64,000 nt of DNA, from contig JANOEP010000046.1 of NCBI GenBank assembly GCA_031441465.1, positions 1-64,000 of the forward strand, read 5' to 3'. Below are positions 25,651 to 35,427 of the stretch, piece after piece; the first letter of the stretch is position 1, and every line of letters starts with the position of its first letter. Below the pieces are notes generated by a model. It was not told the DNA's origin. It made no database searches and saw only the letters and a list, made by a program, of their open reading frames with translations. A program made the position numbers and the translations under genes. This DNA comes from a bacterium. GTDB lineage: Bacteria > Krumholzibacteriota > Krumholzibacteriia > LZORAL124-64-63.

Positions 25651-28343
25651 ACCCGCGGGTCCCCCGACGTCCGGCCCGGGTCCGCGCCCTTTGCGGCGCG
25701 GTCCTGTTGTGCCTGTCGGCGTCGCCGGCCGCGGCCCTGGACGACGCCCGCCTGGCGATCATGGAGATCCGTCTCGACGGCGGCGTGCTGTCCCCCGGCA
25801 CGCCCGCCTACCTGGACGACAACGGGAACGTCCTGCTGCCGCTGGGCGCGCTCGGCGACCTGCTCGAGTTCGCGATCGACGTGGACCCGGCCCGCGGTCG
25901 GGCCACGGGCTGGCTGATCGAGGAGTCCCGCACCTTCGCCTTGGACCTCGCCACCGGCGAGGTCGTCAGCGACGGCCAATCCCGGTCGCTGGCCGCGGGC
26001 GAAGCGGTGCGCGGCGACGACGACATCTACGTGGCGCCGGCGCGCCTCGCGGAATGGCTGCCCTGCGACATCGAGGTGCGCAGCGCGCAGCTCGTGGCGC
26101 TGATCACCTCGCGCGAAACGCTGCCGGTGCAGAAGCGGCGCCTGCGCGAGGCGGCGCGCAGCCAGCGGCTCGTGAGCAAGGTCGCCGCCCGCGCCGTGCA
26201 CCCGGTTCAGAAGGCCGAGTACCAGCTGTTCACCTGGCCGCTGCTGGACGCGAACGTCGAGTACCGCGGCCGCGGCGGCGACATGACGCCGGTGTTCTCC
26301 CTGCAGAGCGCCGGCGATCTGGCCCGGCTGGAGACCAGTTTCCTGGTCGCCCACATCGACCGCGAGCGCTTCCTGGGCGTGGTCCGGGCGCGCGCCGGAC
26401 GCAGCGACCTCGACGGCGAATTGCTGGCCCCCCTGCACGCGACGGAGTTCCAGTTCGGCGATCTCTACGCCCCGAGCACGCCCCTGGTGCTGCGCGGCAA
26501 GCTCGGGCGCGGCGCGTCGGTCGGCAACCTCCCGCTGCACCGTTCCGAATCCTTCGACGCCACGAACGTGCCCGGCGAGGCGCCGGTCGGCTGGGAAGTC
26601 GAACTCTACGTCGACGGCGTGCTGTGGGACTTCACGGCCGTGGACGAGGGCGGCCGCTACCTGTTCGAGAACGTGCCGGTGAATTTCGGGCGCACGCTGC
26701 TGCGGACGGTCGCCTACGGGCCCCAGGGACAGACCCGCGAACAGGTGCGCACCGTCACCGTGGGCGAGCGGATGATCGCGCCCGGCGACGTGCAGTACCG
26801 GTTGTTCGGCGTCCAGGACGACCGCTTCCTGATCACGGGCGAGGACCAGCTCGCCGATTCCCCGGGTCGCAGCCGCTGGACCAGCCACGCCGAGGCCGGC
26901 TTCGGCCTGACCAGCAACCTCAGCCTGACCGGCGCCTGGACGCGCTCGCCGCTCGCGGACGCCGACCATGATTATCGCAGCCTCATCGCCGACGCGGTCG
27001 TGCGCGGCGCCGCGGTGCGCGGCCTGGTGGTGGCCGACAACGCGGGCGGGTCCGCGCGCAGCCTGGCGTTCCAGAGCGGGCTGTTCGGGCGCACGCTGCA
27101 GGTCGAGCACACCGCCTTCAGCGACTTCACCAGCGACGCCAACACGCCTCAGCGCCGCCGCACGCGCGACAGCACTGTGCGCCTGGGCGGCGGCCTCCAT
27201 CTGGGAGCGCGCCCCTACTCCTACGACCTGCGCCTGCAGTCCACGGCCTTCGCCGAGCGCGGCATCGCGCGCCAGGACGGCGCGGTGCTGCGCCTAGCCA
27301 CCGGCTGGTCGCGGGCCACCTGGACCGGCAAACTCGACTACCGGCGCAGCGGCGCGCCGGACGACGACGCACGGACCAGCGACACGAGCCGCCTGCTCCA
27401 GGAACACCTGCTGAGCAGCTGGTGGGGGCCGCTGCTGCTGCGCGGCCAGGTCCGCTCGGGCATCACGCCGGACTTCTCCCTGGAGTCGGCCGGCGCCAGC
27501 GCCGGCTGGCAGGCCACGCGTTTCCTGCGTCTGGGCGGGCACGTGTCACGGGATCTCCAGGACCTCGGCACGACCGGCTACGGCGGCTCCCTGACGCTGC
27601 TGCTGGACGGCGCGCAGATCGCCCTGAGCGGGCACGGGGCCTCCGGTCAGGAGACGTTCTTCAGCCTCGGCGTCTCGACGTCCCTGACCAAGGTGCCCGA
27701 AACGATGCGCCTGCACGTGCAGCGCACGCGCCTGACCGGCGGCTACGGGGCCACGGCCCGCGTGTTCCTGGACCGCAACGCCAACGGGCTCTACGACGAC
27801 CGGGATGAACCGCTGCCCGACGTGCGCTTCGCCGGCGGCGGCGCCTTGCGCCAAGCCAGCACCGACCGCCTGGGACTGGCGTACCTGCCGGACTTGCCGG
27901 CCCACGACAACCGCGACATCACGCTGGACGTCGAGTCGCTCCAGGACCCCTACCTGATCCCCGCCCTGCAGGCCGTGCGGGCCGTCGGGCACCCCGGCGC
28001 GCACCTCGCGCTGGAGTTCCCGGTCACCTACTCGGGCGACATCGAGGGCACGGTCTTCGCGCAGACGCCGGCCGGACGCACGACGCTGCGCAACGTCGGG
28101 CTGGAGCTGCTGGATCTGAAGCAGCGGACGATCCAGACGACCGTCAGCGAATTCGACGGGTACTACCTCTTCCAGGGGATCCCGCCGGGATGGTACGAGG
28201 TGCACGTGGTCGAGTCTTCGCTCACCAGGCGAAACCTGCGCCCGACACCGCCGCTGGCCGCCGCGGTGCCGGTCGACGGGGGCGTGGTGGCGGGGAACGA
28301 TTTCGTGCTGAAGTTCGAGACGACGACGACGGTTAATCGCTGA
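25647..28343 (+). CDS. usher-like outer-membrane assembly protein
   Basis: 898 aa with signal peptide; WEVELYVDG..YGPQGQ plug-like segment, amphipathic beta strands, VFLDRNANG and SEFDGYYLFQGIPPGWY C-terminal domains; 4-bp overlap with chaperone. Confidence 0.75.
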   Translation: MNPRVPRRPARVRALCGAVLLCLSASPAAALDDARLAIMEIRLDGGVLSPGTPAYLDDNGNVLLPLGALGDLLEFAIDVDPARGRATGWLIEESRTFALDLATGEVVSDGQSRSLAAGEAVRGDDDIYVAPARLAEWLPCDIEVRSAQLVALITSRETLPVQKRRLREAARSQRLVSKVAARAVHPVQKAEYQLFTWPLLDANVEYRGRGGDMTPVFSLQSAGDLARLETSFLVAHIDRERFLGVVRARAGRSDLDGELLAPLHATEFQFGDLYAPSTPLVLRGKLGRGASVGNLPLHRSESFDATNVPGEAPVGWEVELYVDGVLWDFTAVDEGGRYLFENVPVNFGRTLLRTVAYGPQGQTREQVRTVTVGERMIAPGDVQYRLFGVQDDRFLITGEDQLADSPGRSRWTSHAEAGFGLTSNLSLTGAWTRSPLADADHDYRSLIADAVVRGAAVRGLVVADNAGGSARSLAFQSGLFGRTLQVEHTAFSDFTSDANTPQRRRTRDSTVRLGGGLHLGARPYSYDLRLQSTAFAERGIARQDGAVLRLATGWSRATWTGKLDYRRSGAPDDDARTSDTSRLLQEHLLSSWWGPLLLRGQVRSGITPDFSLESAGASAGWQATRFLRLGGHVSRDLQDLGTTGYGGSLTLLLDGAQIALSGHGASGQETFFSLGVSTSLTKVPETMRLHVQRTRLTGGYGATARVFLDRNANGLYDDRDEPLPDVRFAGGGALRQASTDRLGLAYLPDLPAHDNRDITLDVESLQDPYLIPALQAVRAVGHPGAHLALEFPVTYSGDIEGTVFAQTPAGRTTLRNVGLELLDLKQRTIQTTVSEFDGYYLFQGIPPGWYEVHVVESSLTRRNLRPTPPLAAAVPVDGGVVAGNDFVLKFETTTTVNR

Positions 28344-28445
28344 TGGTAAACTGAGGGATGTTCGAATATCCGGACGATGATCGAATTTCCCTCGAATCTT
28401 CGTCTGTCGAATTTGAGCGTATTGCAATTCAAGGTCACGGTTGGA

Positions 28446-29432
28446 TCATGGCAGCGTCACTCCAGCTCGCTTGGCGACCTCAAGTGCGAGGGTGCGGAAG
28501 TCCTGATAGCAGTCATTGACGGCCTTAGCATGCCCACCGATCGCACCATCTGCAGGTTTGAGCAAGAACATGGGCTTTCGTGCTTCCTGAGCCAGGGGCA
28601 TCAGACTGCGGTAGTGCTTCAAGGTGGACAAGCAGTGAGGATCTCGGTCAGTGGTAACACCTGCCTGGGGAGTCGTCTCTCCGAGCACTGCCTCCCGGTA
28701 GACGTGCGGAATCCGCGCCATCCACTTCTCGTATGCCTTTACCGGTCGATCGAGACGGACTGCGAGCTGCATCACGACGTAACCGAGCGGCTCCATTCGG
28801 CCCACCGGCAGGTCCACTCCTGGCGGTCGCACCTCGAGGCGCTGTCCCCAACCGTTGCGCCACTCGCGCAATCGGGGCCCGAGGTTCTGGAGCCCCTTGA
28901 GCGAGAACAAATCAGGAGCGAGGGGAATGGCCACGTAATCAGCGGCGATTAGGGCTGCGCGATTAATCGCACCAAGATTAGGTCCCACGTCGATCAGGAC
29001 GATGTCTGACTTGCGCTGTTGAGCCGCGCGCGAAAGAATTTCGTGGAATGACCCGATTACTCGAAAGGCCCGGGTTTTTCCCTCGAGGCAGTAAGGCCAC
29101 TGTTGGCTGAGTTCGTCTTCGAATCCAGACAACGCGAGATCCCCAGCCACAAGCCCGATGCCCACGATGTCCTCGACATGCGGCGCGGCAATCCCTCCCT
29201 CGCCTTCTAGAAGCGGGAGTAGAGGCCCAAGGATGGTCCTGCCCGGCATCCTGTTCGGCCAAAGAGATTCGAGGCCATCCTCATCCAAGAACATGGTCGT
29301 GAGATTAGCCTGTGGATCGAGATCCGCCGCGAGCACGCTGAGGCCGAGATCGGCATACATCCAGGCAAGGTGATAGACCAGTGAGGTTTTCCCGACGCCA
29401 CCCTTATTGTTGAAGAAGGCAATGGTCTTCAT
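28446..29432 (-). CDS. orphan ParA/MinD-family ATPase
   Basis: FFNNKGGVGKTS deviant Walker A, ADLDPQANLT, VLIDVGPNLGAINRAAL. Confidence 0.9.
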   Translation of the reverse strand: MKTIAFFNNKGGVGKTSLVYHLAWMYADLGLSVLAADLDPQANLTTMFLDEDGLESLWPNRMPGRTILGPLLPLLEGEGGIAAPHVEDIVGIGLVAGDLALSGFEDELSQQWPYCLEGKTRAFRVIGSFHEILSRAAQQRKSDIVLIDVGPNLGAINRAALIAADYVAIPLAPDLFSLKGLQNLGPRLREWRNGWGQRLEVRPPGVDLPVGRMEPLGYVVMQLAVRLDRPVKAYEKWMARIPHVYREAVLGETTPQAGVTTDRDPHCLSTLKHYRSLMPLAQEARKPMFLLKPADGAIGGHAKAVNDCYQDFRTLALEVAKRAGVTLP

Positions 29433-30637
29433 GGCGCTGCCCTCAACGTGACACCAACATACGACTGGTTGACTTCGAATTCGGGCGGCGGATTACCGTT
29501 TGCCTGCAACTCTCTGCGAGCCGTGGCAATGCCGACACCGAATCGCTGCACGAAGCCCAAGACGCGAAGCGCCTCAGCTAGGCTGGGGTTACGGTAGTCA
29601 CTGACTCCCGGCAGACCGAAATTCTCCATCGTCACGGCACCGAAGGGTCCGCCGGGACTCAAGATTTCGATGCGGTCATCATACCACGTCACACGTACCG
29701 GAGTATTCGTCGCCTCGTAGCTACGGTGCATAATCGCATTGCGCACTATCTGCTGGAGGGCGGGCATCGGGTAGAGGAAAGTGCGCCGCTCCCGATTCGT
29801 GCTAGTTAGGTCCACCGCGGTACGATTGTGCGCGCTGAGTTTTTCATCCGTGCGATGCAGCACCTCCGTCACGGAACCGTCGAGTACCTGCTCGTCCGTG
29901 ACGGGATCGGCCAGTTCGCGGCCTGCGATCCGCAGAAATTGCAAGTAAGCGCCGGGAATAAAGTCGCGAGTTCGATGGCTCAGCACCAAGATACCAAGCC
30001 CGGTGGGCGTGGGTTCGTCAGCGGCAATCACCATCTTGGTCGCTGCAAGGCGTTGCTCGTAGCTGCGCTCGTTGGCGGCGAGAACGTCTGAGGCAAACGC
30101 CGCGGGGAGATACTCGTCCTCGAATCTACGCCGATCCAGATCACCCACGGTCGCCTGGGAAACCGGTCGCACGTCAAAAGACCGATCCCCGTACCTTCTC
30201 TTCTCGGTCAAGATACGCTCGTCCTGCGCCGAGGCGAAGCCGCGACGCGGGCCGATGCGGATGTAGACGCGACCTTTGAATCGAACTGGTGGAGAATCTG
30301 CGGGCCAAACAGTCACGACGGCCATCTCCTGGGATCGCAGTGTGTGCTTCGTGACGGTAAGAGTGGGTGGAGGGACGATATTGCCATCTGTCTTCATGTC
30401 CGCAAGCTTTAGAAGCAACTCGTCGGTTATGGCAAGCCCCGATGGACTTCCGTCGTCACGTGCGCCGATGAAAATGACGCCGGGTCGACGGCGATCAGGC
30501 AAATCGTTGGCGAACGCACAAACGGCCTCGCGAGCCTTAGTCGGGGACTCACCCTTGAATGACTCCTTGCGTTCCGCAGAATCCGATTCCAAGTCGGAGA
30601 GCATTTCCATCAATTCTCGATCGCTGTAGGCGGTCAT
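29429..30637 (-). CDS. Schlafen/AlbA_2 domain plus HATPase_c_4-like domain protein
   Basis: ESDSAERKES, AVCAFAND..GVIFIGARDDG; NAIMHRSY, DDRIEILSPGG, YRNPSLAEAL, VQRFGVGI. Confidence 0.85.
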   Translation of the reverse strand: MTAYSDRELMEMLSDLESDSAERKESFKGESPTKAREAVCAFANDLPDRRRPGVIFIGARDDGSPSGLAITDELLLKLADMKTDGNIVPPPTLTVTKHTLRSQEMAVVTVWPADSPPVRFKGRVYIRIGPRRGFASAQDERILTEKRRYGDRSFDVRPVSQATVGDLDRRRFEDEYLPAAFASDVLAANERSYEQRLAATKMVIAADEPTPTGLGILVLSHRTRDFIPGAYLQFLRIAGRELADPVTDEQVLDGSVTEVLHRTDEKLSAHNRTAVDLTSTNRERRTFLYPMPALQQIVRNAIMHRSYEATNTPVRVTWYDDRIEILSPGGPFGAVTMENFGLPGVSDYRNPSLAEALRVLGFVQRFGVGIATARRELQANGNPPPEFEVNQSYVGVTLRAAP

Positions 30638-30951
30638 TCATCTCTCCCTGTAGGCAAGCGTGGACTGGTGTTCTTGTGAAAGTTCCTGAAATTTCTTCCG
30701 CTCGCCTGAGAAGCCCCGCGAATGGGAAATTCAAATCGGCTCCCTTGAAGACCGAGATCACGCCAATCCACACGATTGTGTGCTTCAGATAGTGAACCCG
30801 ACTGCTCTTGCTGTCCAGGAATTCGACGACTGTGAGGCTGAAGTCGTCTGACCTGTAGAAATCGGAAAGGAGCTAGATCCTTGCGGACATGCCGATTCTC
30901 ACTGGCGGTTTGAACATTATTCCAGTCCTGTGTGGAACCGAACCAGATTTC

Positions 30952-30987
30952 AATAAAACAAGGGCTCACCATACCGGTAAGCCCTTG
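30952..30987 (-). terminator. terminator downstream of tRNA-Ala
   Basis: CAAGGGCTTACC/GGTGAGCCCTTG stem then TTTTATT on minus strand. Confidence 0.7.
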
Positions 30988-31005
30988 AATATTCAATGCT
31001 TTAGG

Positions 31006-31081
<76 letters not shown>

Positions 31082-31093
31082 ACCCGACGGCAC

Positions 31094-31122
31094 AATATGA
31101 AGCCGGGGCCGGATCCTGTCAA
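31094..31122 (-). promoter_or_regulatory. sigma70 promoter of tRNA-Ala
   Basis: TTGACA-N17-CATATT. Confidence 0.7.
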
Positions 31123-31162
31123 ACCCCAAATGGTCCAAACCGCTGCCCGGTAAGCCTGTCCC

Positions 31163-31191
31163 TTGACGGGGGCGGCGTCGCTCCCTATCAT
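31163..31191 (+). promoter_or_regulatory. sigma70 promoter of tRNA-Leu
   Basis: TTGACG-N17-TATCAT. Confidence 0.75.
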
Positions 31192-31201
31192 CCGCCCTCG
31201 T

Positions 31202-31288
31202 GCCGGAGTGGCGGAATTGGTAGACGCGACGGACTCAAAATCCGTTGCCCTTCGGGGCGCGTGGGTTCAAGTCCCACCTCCGGCACCA
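31202..31288 (+). tRNA. tRNA-Leu(CAA)
   Basis: GCCGGAGTGGCGGAATTGGTAGACGC..ACGGA-CTCAAAA-TCCGT, long variable arm, GTTCAAGTCC, CCA end. Confidence 0.97.
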
Positions 31289-31385
31289 TCGTCTTCGAGG
31301 GCGGCCCCCGGCCGCCCTTCTGCATTTCCAGAGACCGCTGTGTCGACCCAGCCCGGCAGCCGAACTGCCACACCCCGGGCAGCGT

Positions 31386-33020
31386 CTACTTCTGCGACAT
31401 GAAGCCATACCGATAATCCCGCGGCGGGTCGAAGGTCTCCTTGATCGTCCGCGGCGTCGTCCAGCGGATCAGGTTCAGGTACGACCCCGCCTTGTCGTTG
31501 GTCCCCGAAGCGCGCGAACCTCCGAAGGGCTGCTGGCCGACGACCGCCCCGGTGGGCTTGTCGTTGATGTAGAAGTTGCCGGCGGTGCCCACCAGTTCCT
31601 GCTTCATCGTCTCGATCACGCCGCGGTCGCGGGCGAAGACCGCCCCGGTCAGGGCGTAGGTCGAGCCCTTGTCGCAGAGGCGCAGGGCCTTGAGCCAGTC
31701 CTTGTCCTGGTAGACGTGGACGGTCAGGACCGGCCCGAAGATCTCCTCGCGCATGGTCACGAAATCGGGGTCCTTGGCCTCGATGACGGTGGGCTCGATG
31801 AACCAGCCCTTGCTGTCGTCGCAGCCGCCGCCGGCGATGATGCGGGCCTGGCCGCGGGCCTTGCGGGCCTGGTCGATGTAGCCCTTGATGCTCTGGAAGG
31901 CGCCTTGGTCGATGACCGCGCCCATGAAGTTCGTGAAGTCGGCGGGGTCGCCCATCCTGATCGTGGCCACTTCGGCGAGCAGGTGGTCGCGCACCTGCGG
32001 CCACAGCGAGGCCGGGACGTAGGCGCGGCTGGCGGCGGAGCACTTCTGGCCCTGGTACTCGAAGGCGCCGCGCACCAGCGCGGTGACCAGCGCCACCGGG
32101 TCGGCCGAGGCATGGGCGAAGACGAAGTCCTTGCCGCCGGTCTCCCCCACGATGCGCGGGTAGCAGGCGTACTTGCGGATGTTGGCGCCGATGGTCCCCC
32201 ACATGTTCTGAAAGACCTCGGTGCTGCCGGTGAAGTGGACGCCGCCGAGGTCCGGGTGCTCGATGACCGGGTTGCCCACCTGGCCGCCGCTGCCGGGGAT
32301 CAGGTTGATGACGCCGTCGGGCAGTCCCGCCTCGCGCAGGATCTCCATGATGTACCAGGCCGAGTAGACGGCGCTCGAAGCCGGCTTCCACAGCACCGTG
32401 TTGCCCATCAGCGCCGGCGCCGTCGGCAGGTTGCCGGCGATGCTGGTGAAGTTGAACGGGGTCACGGCGAAAACGAAACCGTCCAGGGGCCGCTGCTCGA
32501 GCATGTTCCACATGCCGGGTCCGGATTCGGGCTGCTCGCTCATGATGTCGTGGGCGAAGGCGGGGTTGAAGCGCCAGAAATCGATCAGCTCGCAGGCGGA
32601 ATCGATCTCGGCCTGGTAGGCGGTCTTGCTCTGGCCGAGCATGGTCGCGGCGTTCAGGGTGCTGCGGCGGCGCCCGGCCAGCAGTTCGGCGGCCTTCAGG
32701 AAGACCGCGGCGCGCGCCTCCCAGGACAGCGCGGCCCAGTCCTTCTTGGCCTTACGCGCCGCCGTGGCGGCGGCCTGAACGTGCTTCGCGCCCGCCTTGT
32801 GGTAGACGCCCAGCAGGTGACGGTGGTCGTGGGGCATGCGGCACTCCGCGAGGTCGCCCGTGGCGACGTCCTTGCCGCCGATGACCAGCGGGATCTCGAT
32901 GCGGGCGCCGGCCAGCTCCTTGAGCTTCGCCTTCAGCGCGGCCTTCTCGGGCGATCCGGGCAGGTAGCTCAGGATGGGTTCGTTCATCGGCAGCGGCGGG
33001 ATGGGCAGCATCTGGGACAT
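31386..33020 (-). CDS. pruA: 1-pyrroline-5-carboxylate dehydrogenase
   Basis: NEPILSY, PFNFTSI, GETGGKDF, FEYQGQKCSAASR, GQQPFGGSRASGTNDKAG. Confidence 0.95.
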   Translation of the reverse strand: MSQMLPIPPLPMNEPILSYLPGSPEKAALKAKLKELAGARIEIPLVIGGKDVATGDLAECRMPHDHRHLLGVYHKAGAKHVQAAATAARKAKKDWAALSWEARAAVFLKAAELLAGRRRSTLNAATMLGQSKTAYQAEIDSACELIDFWRFNPAFAHDIMSEQPESGPGMWNMLEQRPLDGFVFAVTPFNFTSIAGNLPTAPALMGNTVLWKPASSAVYSAWYIMEILREAGLPDGVINLIPGSGGQVGNPVIEHPDLGGVHFTGSTEVFQNMWGTIGANIRKYACYPRIVGETGGKDFVFAHASADPVALVTALVRGAFEYQGQKCSAASRAYVPASLWPQVRDHLLAEVATIRMGDPADFTNFMGAVIDQGAFQSIKGYIDQARKARGQARIIAGGGCDDSKGWFIEPTVIEAKDPDFVTMREEIFGPVLTVHVYQDKDWLKALRLCDKGSTYALTGAVFARDRGVIETMKQELVGTAGNFYINDKPTGAVVGQQPFGGSRASGTNDKAGSYLNLIRWTTPRTIKETFDPPRDYRYGFMSQK

Positions 33021-33231
33021 GACGTTCCTCCGTGTCGTGCTGACGGATCGGGTCGCGGACGGACCGCGGCGCCTGGCGGTAAGCGCCTGCCAAACGATGG
33101 ACAACCGGCCCGCCGGCCGCAACCCCGGACTGTCGCCCGCCCGCATCCTGATCTCGCCAGCATCCCGCACTCGCCCTGCGCCGCCATCCCTGCTACATTG
33201 GTGGCCGCCTTCAACCTGTAGCGGGAGCGCC

Positions 33232-34251
33232 ATGCCGAACAAGAATCTCCTGAACGTCGAGAGCCACATCCTGGACATGCAGCGCCTGCACCCGAGCGCC
33301 AGCGGCGATTTCACCAGCCTGCTGGGGGACATCGCGTTTGCGGCCAAGGTCATCGCCCGCGAGGTGACCCGCGCCGGCCTGGTGGACATCCTGGGCAGCA
33401 CCGGCGCCAGCAACATCCAGGGCGAGACCGTCCAGAAACTGGACGACTACGCCAACGCCATCATGCTGAAGTTCGTGGGCCGCCGCGGCCAGGTCTGCCT
33501 GATGGCATCCGAGGAAATGCCTGACCCGGTCCGGATCGACTTCCGCGAGGGCAGCGGCAAGTACGTCGTGGTCTTCGACCCGCTCGACGGCAGCAGCAAC
33601 ATCGACGCAAACGTCTCGATCGGCACGATCTTCAGCATCTATCGCCGCCGCTCGCGCATCGCCGCGATCTGCGACGACGACCTGCTGCAGCCCGGACGCG
33701 AACTGGCGGCCGCCGGCTACGTGGTGTACGGATCGTCGACGATGTTCGTCCACACCACCGGCCACGGCGTCCACGGCTACACCCTGGACCCCGGGATCGG
33801 CGAGTTCCTGCTCAGCCACGAGAACATCAAGATCCCCTTCGCCGCGGGGATCTACTCGGTGAACGAGGGCAACGAACCGCTGTGGTCGCCCGCCGTGCGC
33901 GAAGTCGTGCGACAGCTGAAGTACGGCCGGCAGGAGAGCGGCGGCATGTCCGCGCGCTACATCGGCTCGCTCGTGGCCGACTTCCACCGCAACCTGCTCT
34001 ACGGCGGCGTCTTCCTCTACCCACCCACCGCCAAGGCCCCCCGGGGCAAGCTGCGCCTGCTCTACGAGGCGGCGCCGCTGGCCATGATCGCCGAAAACGC
34101 CGGCGGCTACGCGAGCGACGGCGCCGGGCCCATCCTCGACCTCGTGCCGCAGGGCGTACACCAGCGGACGCCCCTTTACCTGGGCAGCCGCGAGACCGTG
34201 CTGTGGATCGAAAAGATGCTGTCCGATCCGACGTTCGGCGCCGGCGGCTGA
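33232..34251 (+). CDS. fbp: fructose-1,6-bisphosphatase class 1
   Basis: QKLD, FDPLDGSSNIDANVSIGTIF, RYIGSLVADFHRNLL, GKLRLLYEA. Confidence 0.96.
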   Translation: MPNKNLLNVESHILDMQRLHPSASGDFTSLLGDIAFAAKVIAREVTRAGLVDILGSTGASNIQGETVQKLDDYANAIMLKFVGRRGQVCLMASEEMPDPVRIDFREGSGKYVVVFDPLDGSSNIDANVSIGTIFSIYRRRSRIAAICDDDLLQPGRELAAAGYVVYGSSTMFVHTTGHGVHGYTLDPGIGEFLLSHENIKIPFAAGIYSVNEGNEPLWSPAVREVVRQLKYGRQESGGMSARYIGSLVADFHRNLLYGGVFLYPPTAKAPRGKLRLLYEAAPLAMIAENAGGYASDGAGPILDLVPQGVHQRTPLYLGSRETVLWIEKMLSDPTFGAGG

Positions 34252-34273
34252 GGCGGGGAAGCGGGAAGTCCGA

Positions 34274-34594
34274 TCAGCGGTCCTTGGTCTGCAGCCCTTT
34301 GGTCTCGGTGACCAGCGCCAGGGCCATGGCCTTGCACCGCGGCCGGTGGACGGTGCCGGCGGGGATCAGCATGGCCTCCCCCTGCTTGACCGTGATCGTG
34401 GTGCGGTTCATCTCGATGTCGATCATGCCCTCGAGGATGTAGATGAATTCATCGGCCGAGTGGCTGTGGGCGATGTAGTCCCCGCTGTAGCGGACGATGA
34501 AGGCGTGGTAGGCGCCGTCCAGTTCCGCGACTTCCACGGGTCGGAACGGTTGGGCCAGATCGCGGGCGCGCTTCAGCACGGGAATCTTGGGCAC
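34274..34594 (-). CDS. cupin domain protein
   Basis: HSHSADEFIYILEG and IPAGTVHRP cupin motifs. Confidence 0.85.
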   Translation of the reverse strand: MPKIPVLKRARDLAQPFRPVEVAELDGAYHAFIVRYSGDYIAHSHSADEFIYILEGMIDIEMNRTTITVKQGEAMLIPAGTVHRPRCKAMALALVTETKGLQTKDR

Positions 34595-34632
34595 GAGCGC
34601 TCCTTTCCTCGACTCATCGTTCGGGCGACACT

Positions 34633-35427
34633 CTACTCGGCCAACAGGGACTCCGCCAGAACCGCCGCCTCGGAGCCGGGGAACTCGGTTTGCAGGCGGC
34701 CGAGCAGGTCGCGCGCTTCGGCGTCCCGACCGAGCGCGTGGGCCGCGGCGACCGCCTTGTGCAACCCGTCGGGCCGGCGGTCGGAATCGGGGTACCGGTC
34801 CAGCAAGATCTGCAAGCGGTCCAGGGCGGCCTGGTGGTCGCCGTCGGCGGCGGCCATGGCGGCCAGCCAGTACTCGGCATCGTCGGCCTGCTCGCTGCGC
34901 GGGTAACGGTTCAGGAAGTCCTCGAAACCCTGACGGGCCGCGGCGAACTCGCCCCTGCTGCGGTCCGACATGGCCGCGTTGAACAGGGCCCGGCCTTCTT
35001 CCGGCAGCGCGCCGAGATCGGCGCCGCCCGGAGGCGCCGGCTTGAACTCGCCGAGCGTGGGGATGCCCAAGCGTGTGGTCAACAGGTCCACGCGGGCCGA
35101 CAGGTTGCGCATGTATTCCTGATTGTCCGTCTGCTGGCTCGCGGCCTGATCCAGACGGGCCAGGATCTGGGAGAGATGGGCCTGGAGACGCGCATCGGTC
35201 TCCAGGCCCGATCCCTGGCCGCTGCGCAGCATCGCCAGCAGGGCCGTGACGTCGCGCCGCAGCGCGGTCTGCTCGTCGGTCAGCCGCTGGATCTCGGCCG
35301 AGTTGCCGTCGACGGCCGTCTCGAGCGACTCGAACTGCGGGGCGCATCCTGCCGCCAGAGCAGCCAAGTGTGCCCCGGCCAACCAGACGGCGATCCCACC
35401 CGTGCGGCGCAGTCGCATGGCGGTCAC
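34633..35427 (-). CDS. cpoB: Tol-Pal system protein CpoB/YbgF
   Basis: lipobox LAAGC, coiled coil, TPR (FLNRYPRSEQADDAEYWLA); follows pal. Confidence 0.85.
   Translation of the reverse strand: MTAMRLRRTGGIAVWLAGAHLAALAAGCAPQFESLETAVDGNSAEIQRLTDEQTALRRDVTALLAMLRSGQGSGLETDARLQAHLSQILARLDQAASQQTDNQEYMRNLSARVDLLTTRLGIPTLGEFKPAPPGGADLGALPEEGRALFNAAMSDRSRGEFAAARQGFEDFLNRYPRSEQADDAEYWLAAMAAADGDHQAALDRLQILLDRYPDSDRRPDGLHKAVAAAHALGRDAEARDLLGRLQTEFPGSEAAVLAESLLAE

Larger units (their letters stand above)
28344..31005. mobile_element. lower-GC genomic islet at tRNA-Ala 3' end (no integrase visible)
   Basis: visibly AT-richer with different codon usage than flanks; abuts tRNA-Ala CCA end. Confidence 0.55.

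Noticed and set aside
30850..30956. GHADSHWRFEHY reading as a tyrosine-integrase C-terminal remnant
   Set aside because: His-Tyr spacing and context do not fit well; no other integrase motifs and no duplicated tRNA 3' end (att) found
30634..30996. 120-aa ORF between tRNA-Ala and the Schlafen gene
   Set aside because: TTG start runs through the tRNA terminator; no motifs; probably spurious
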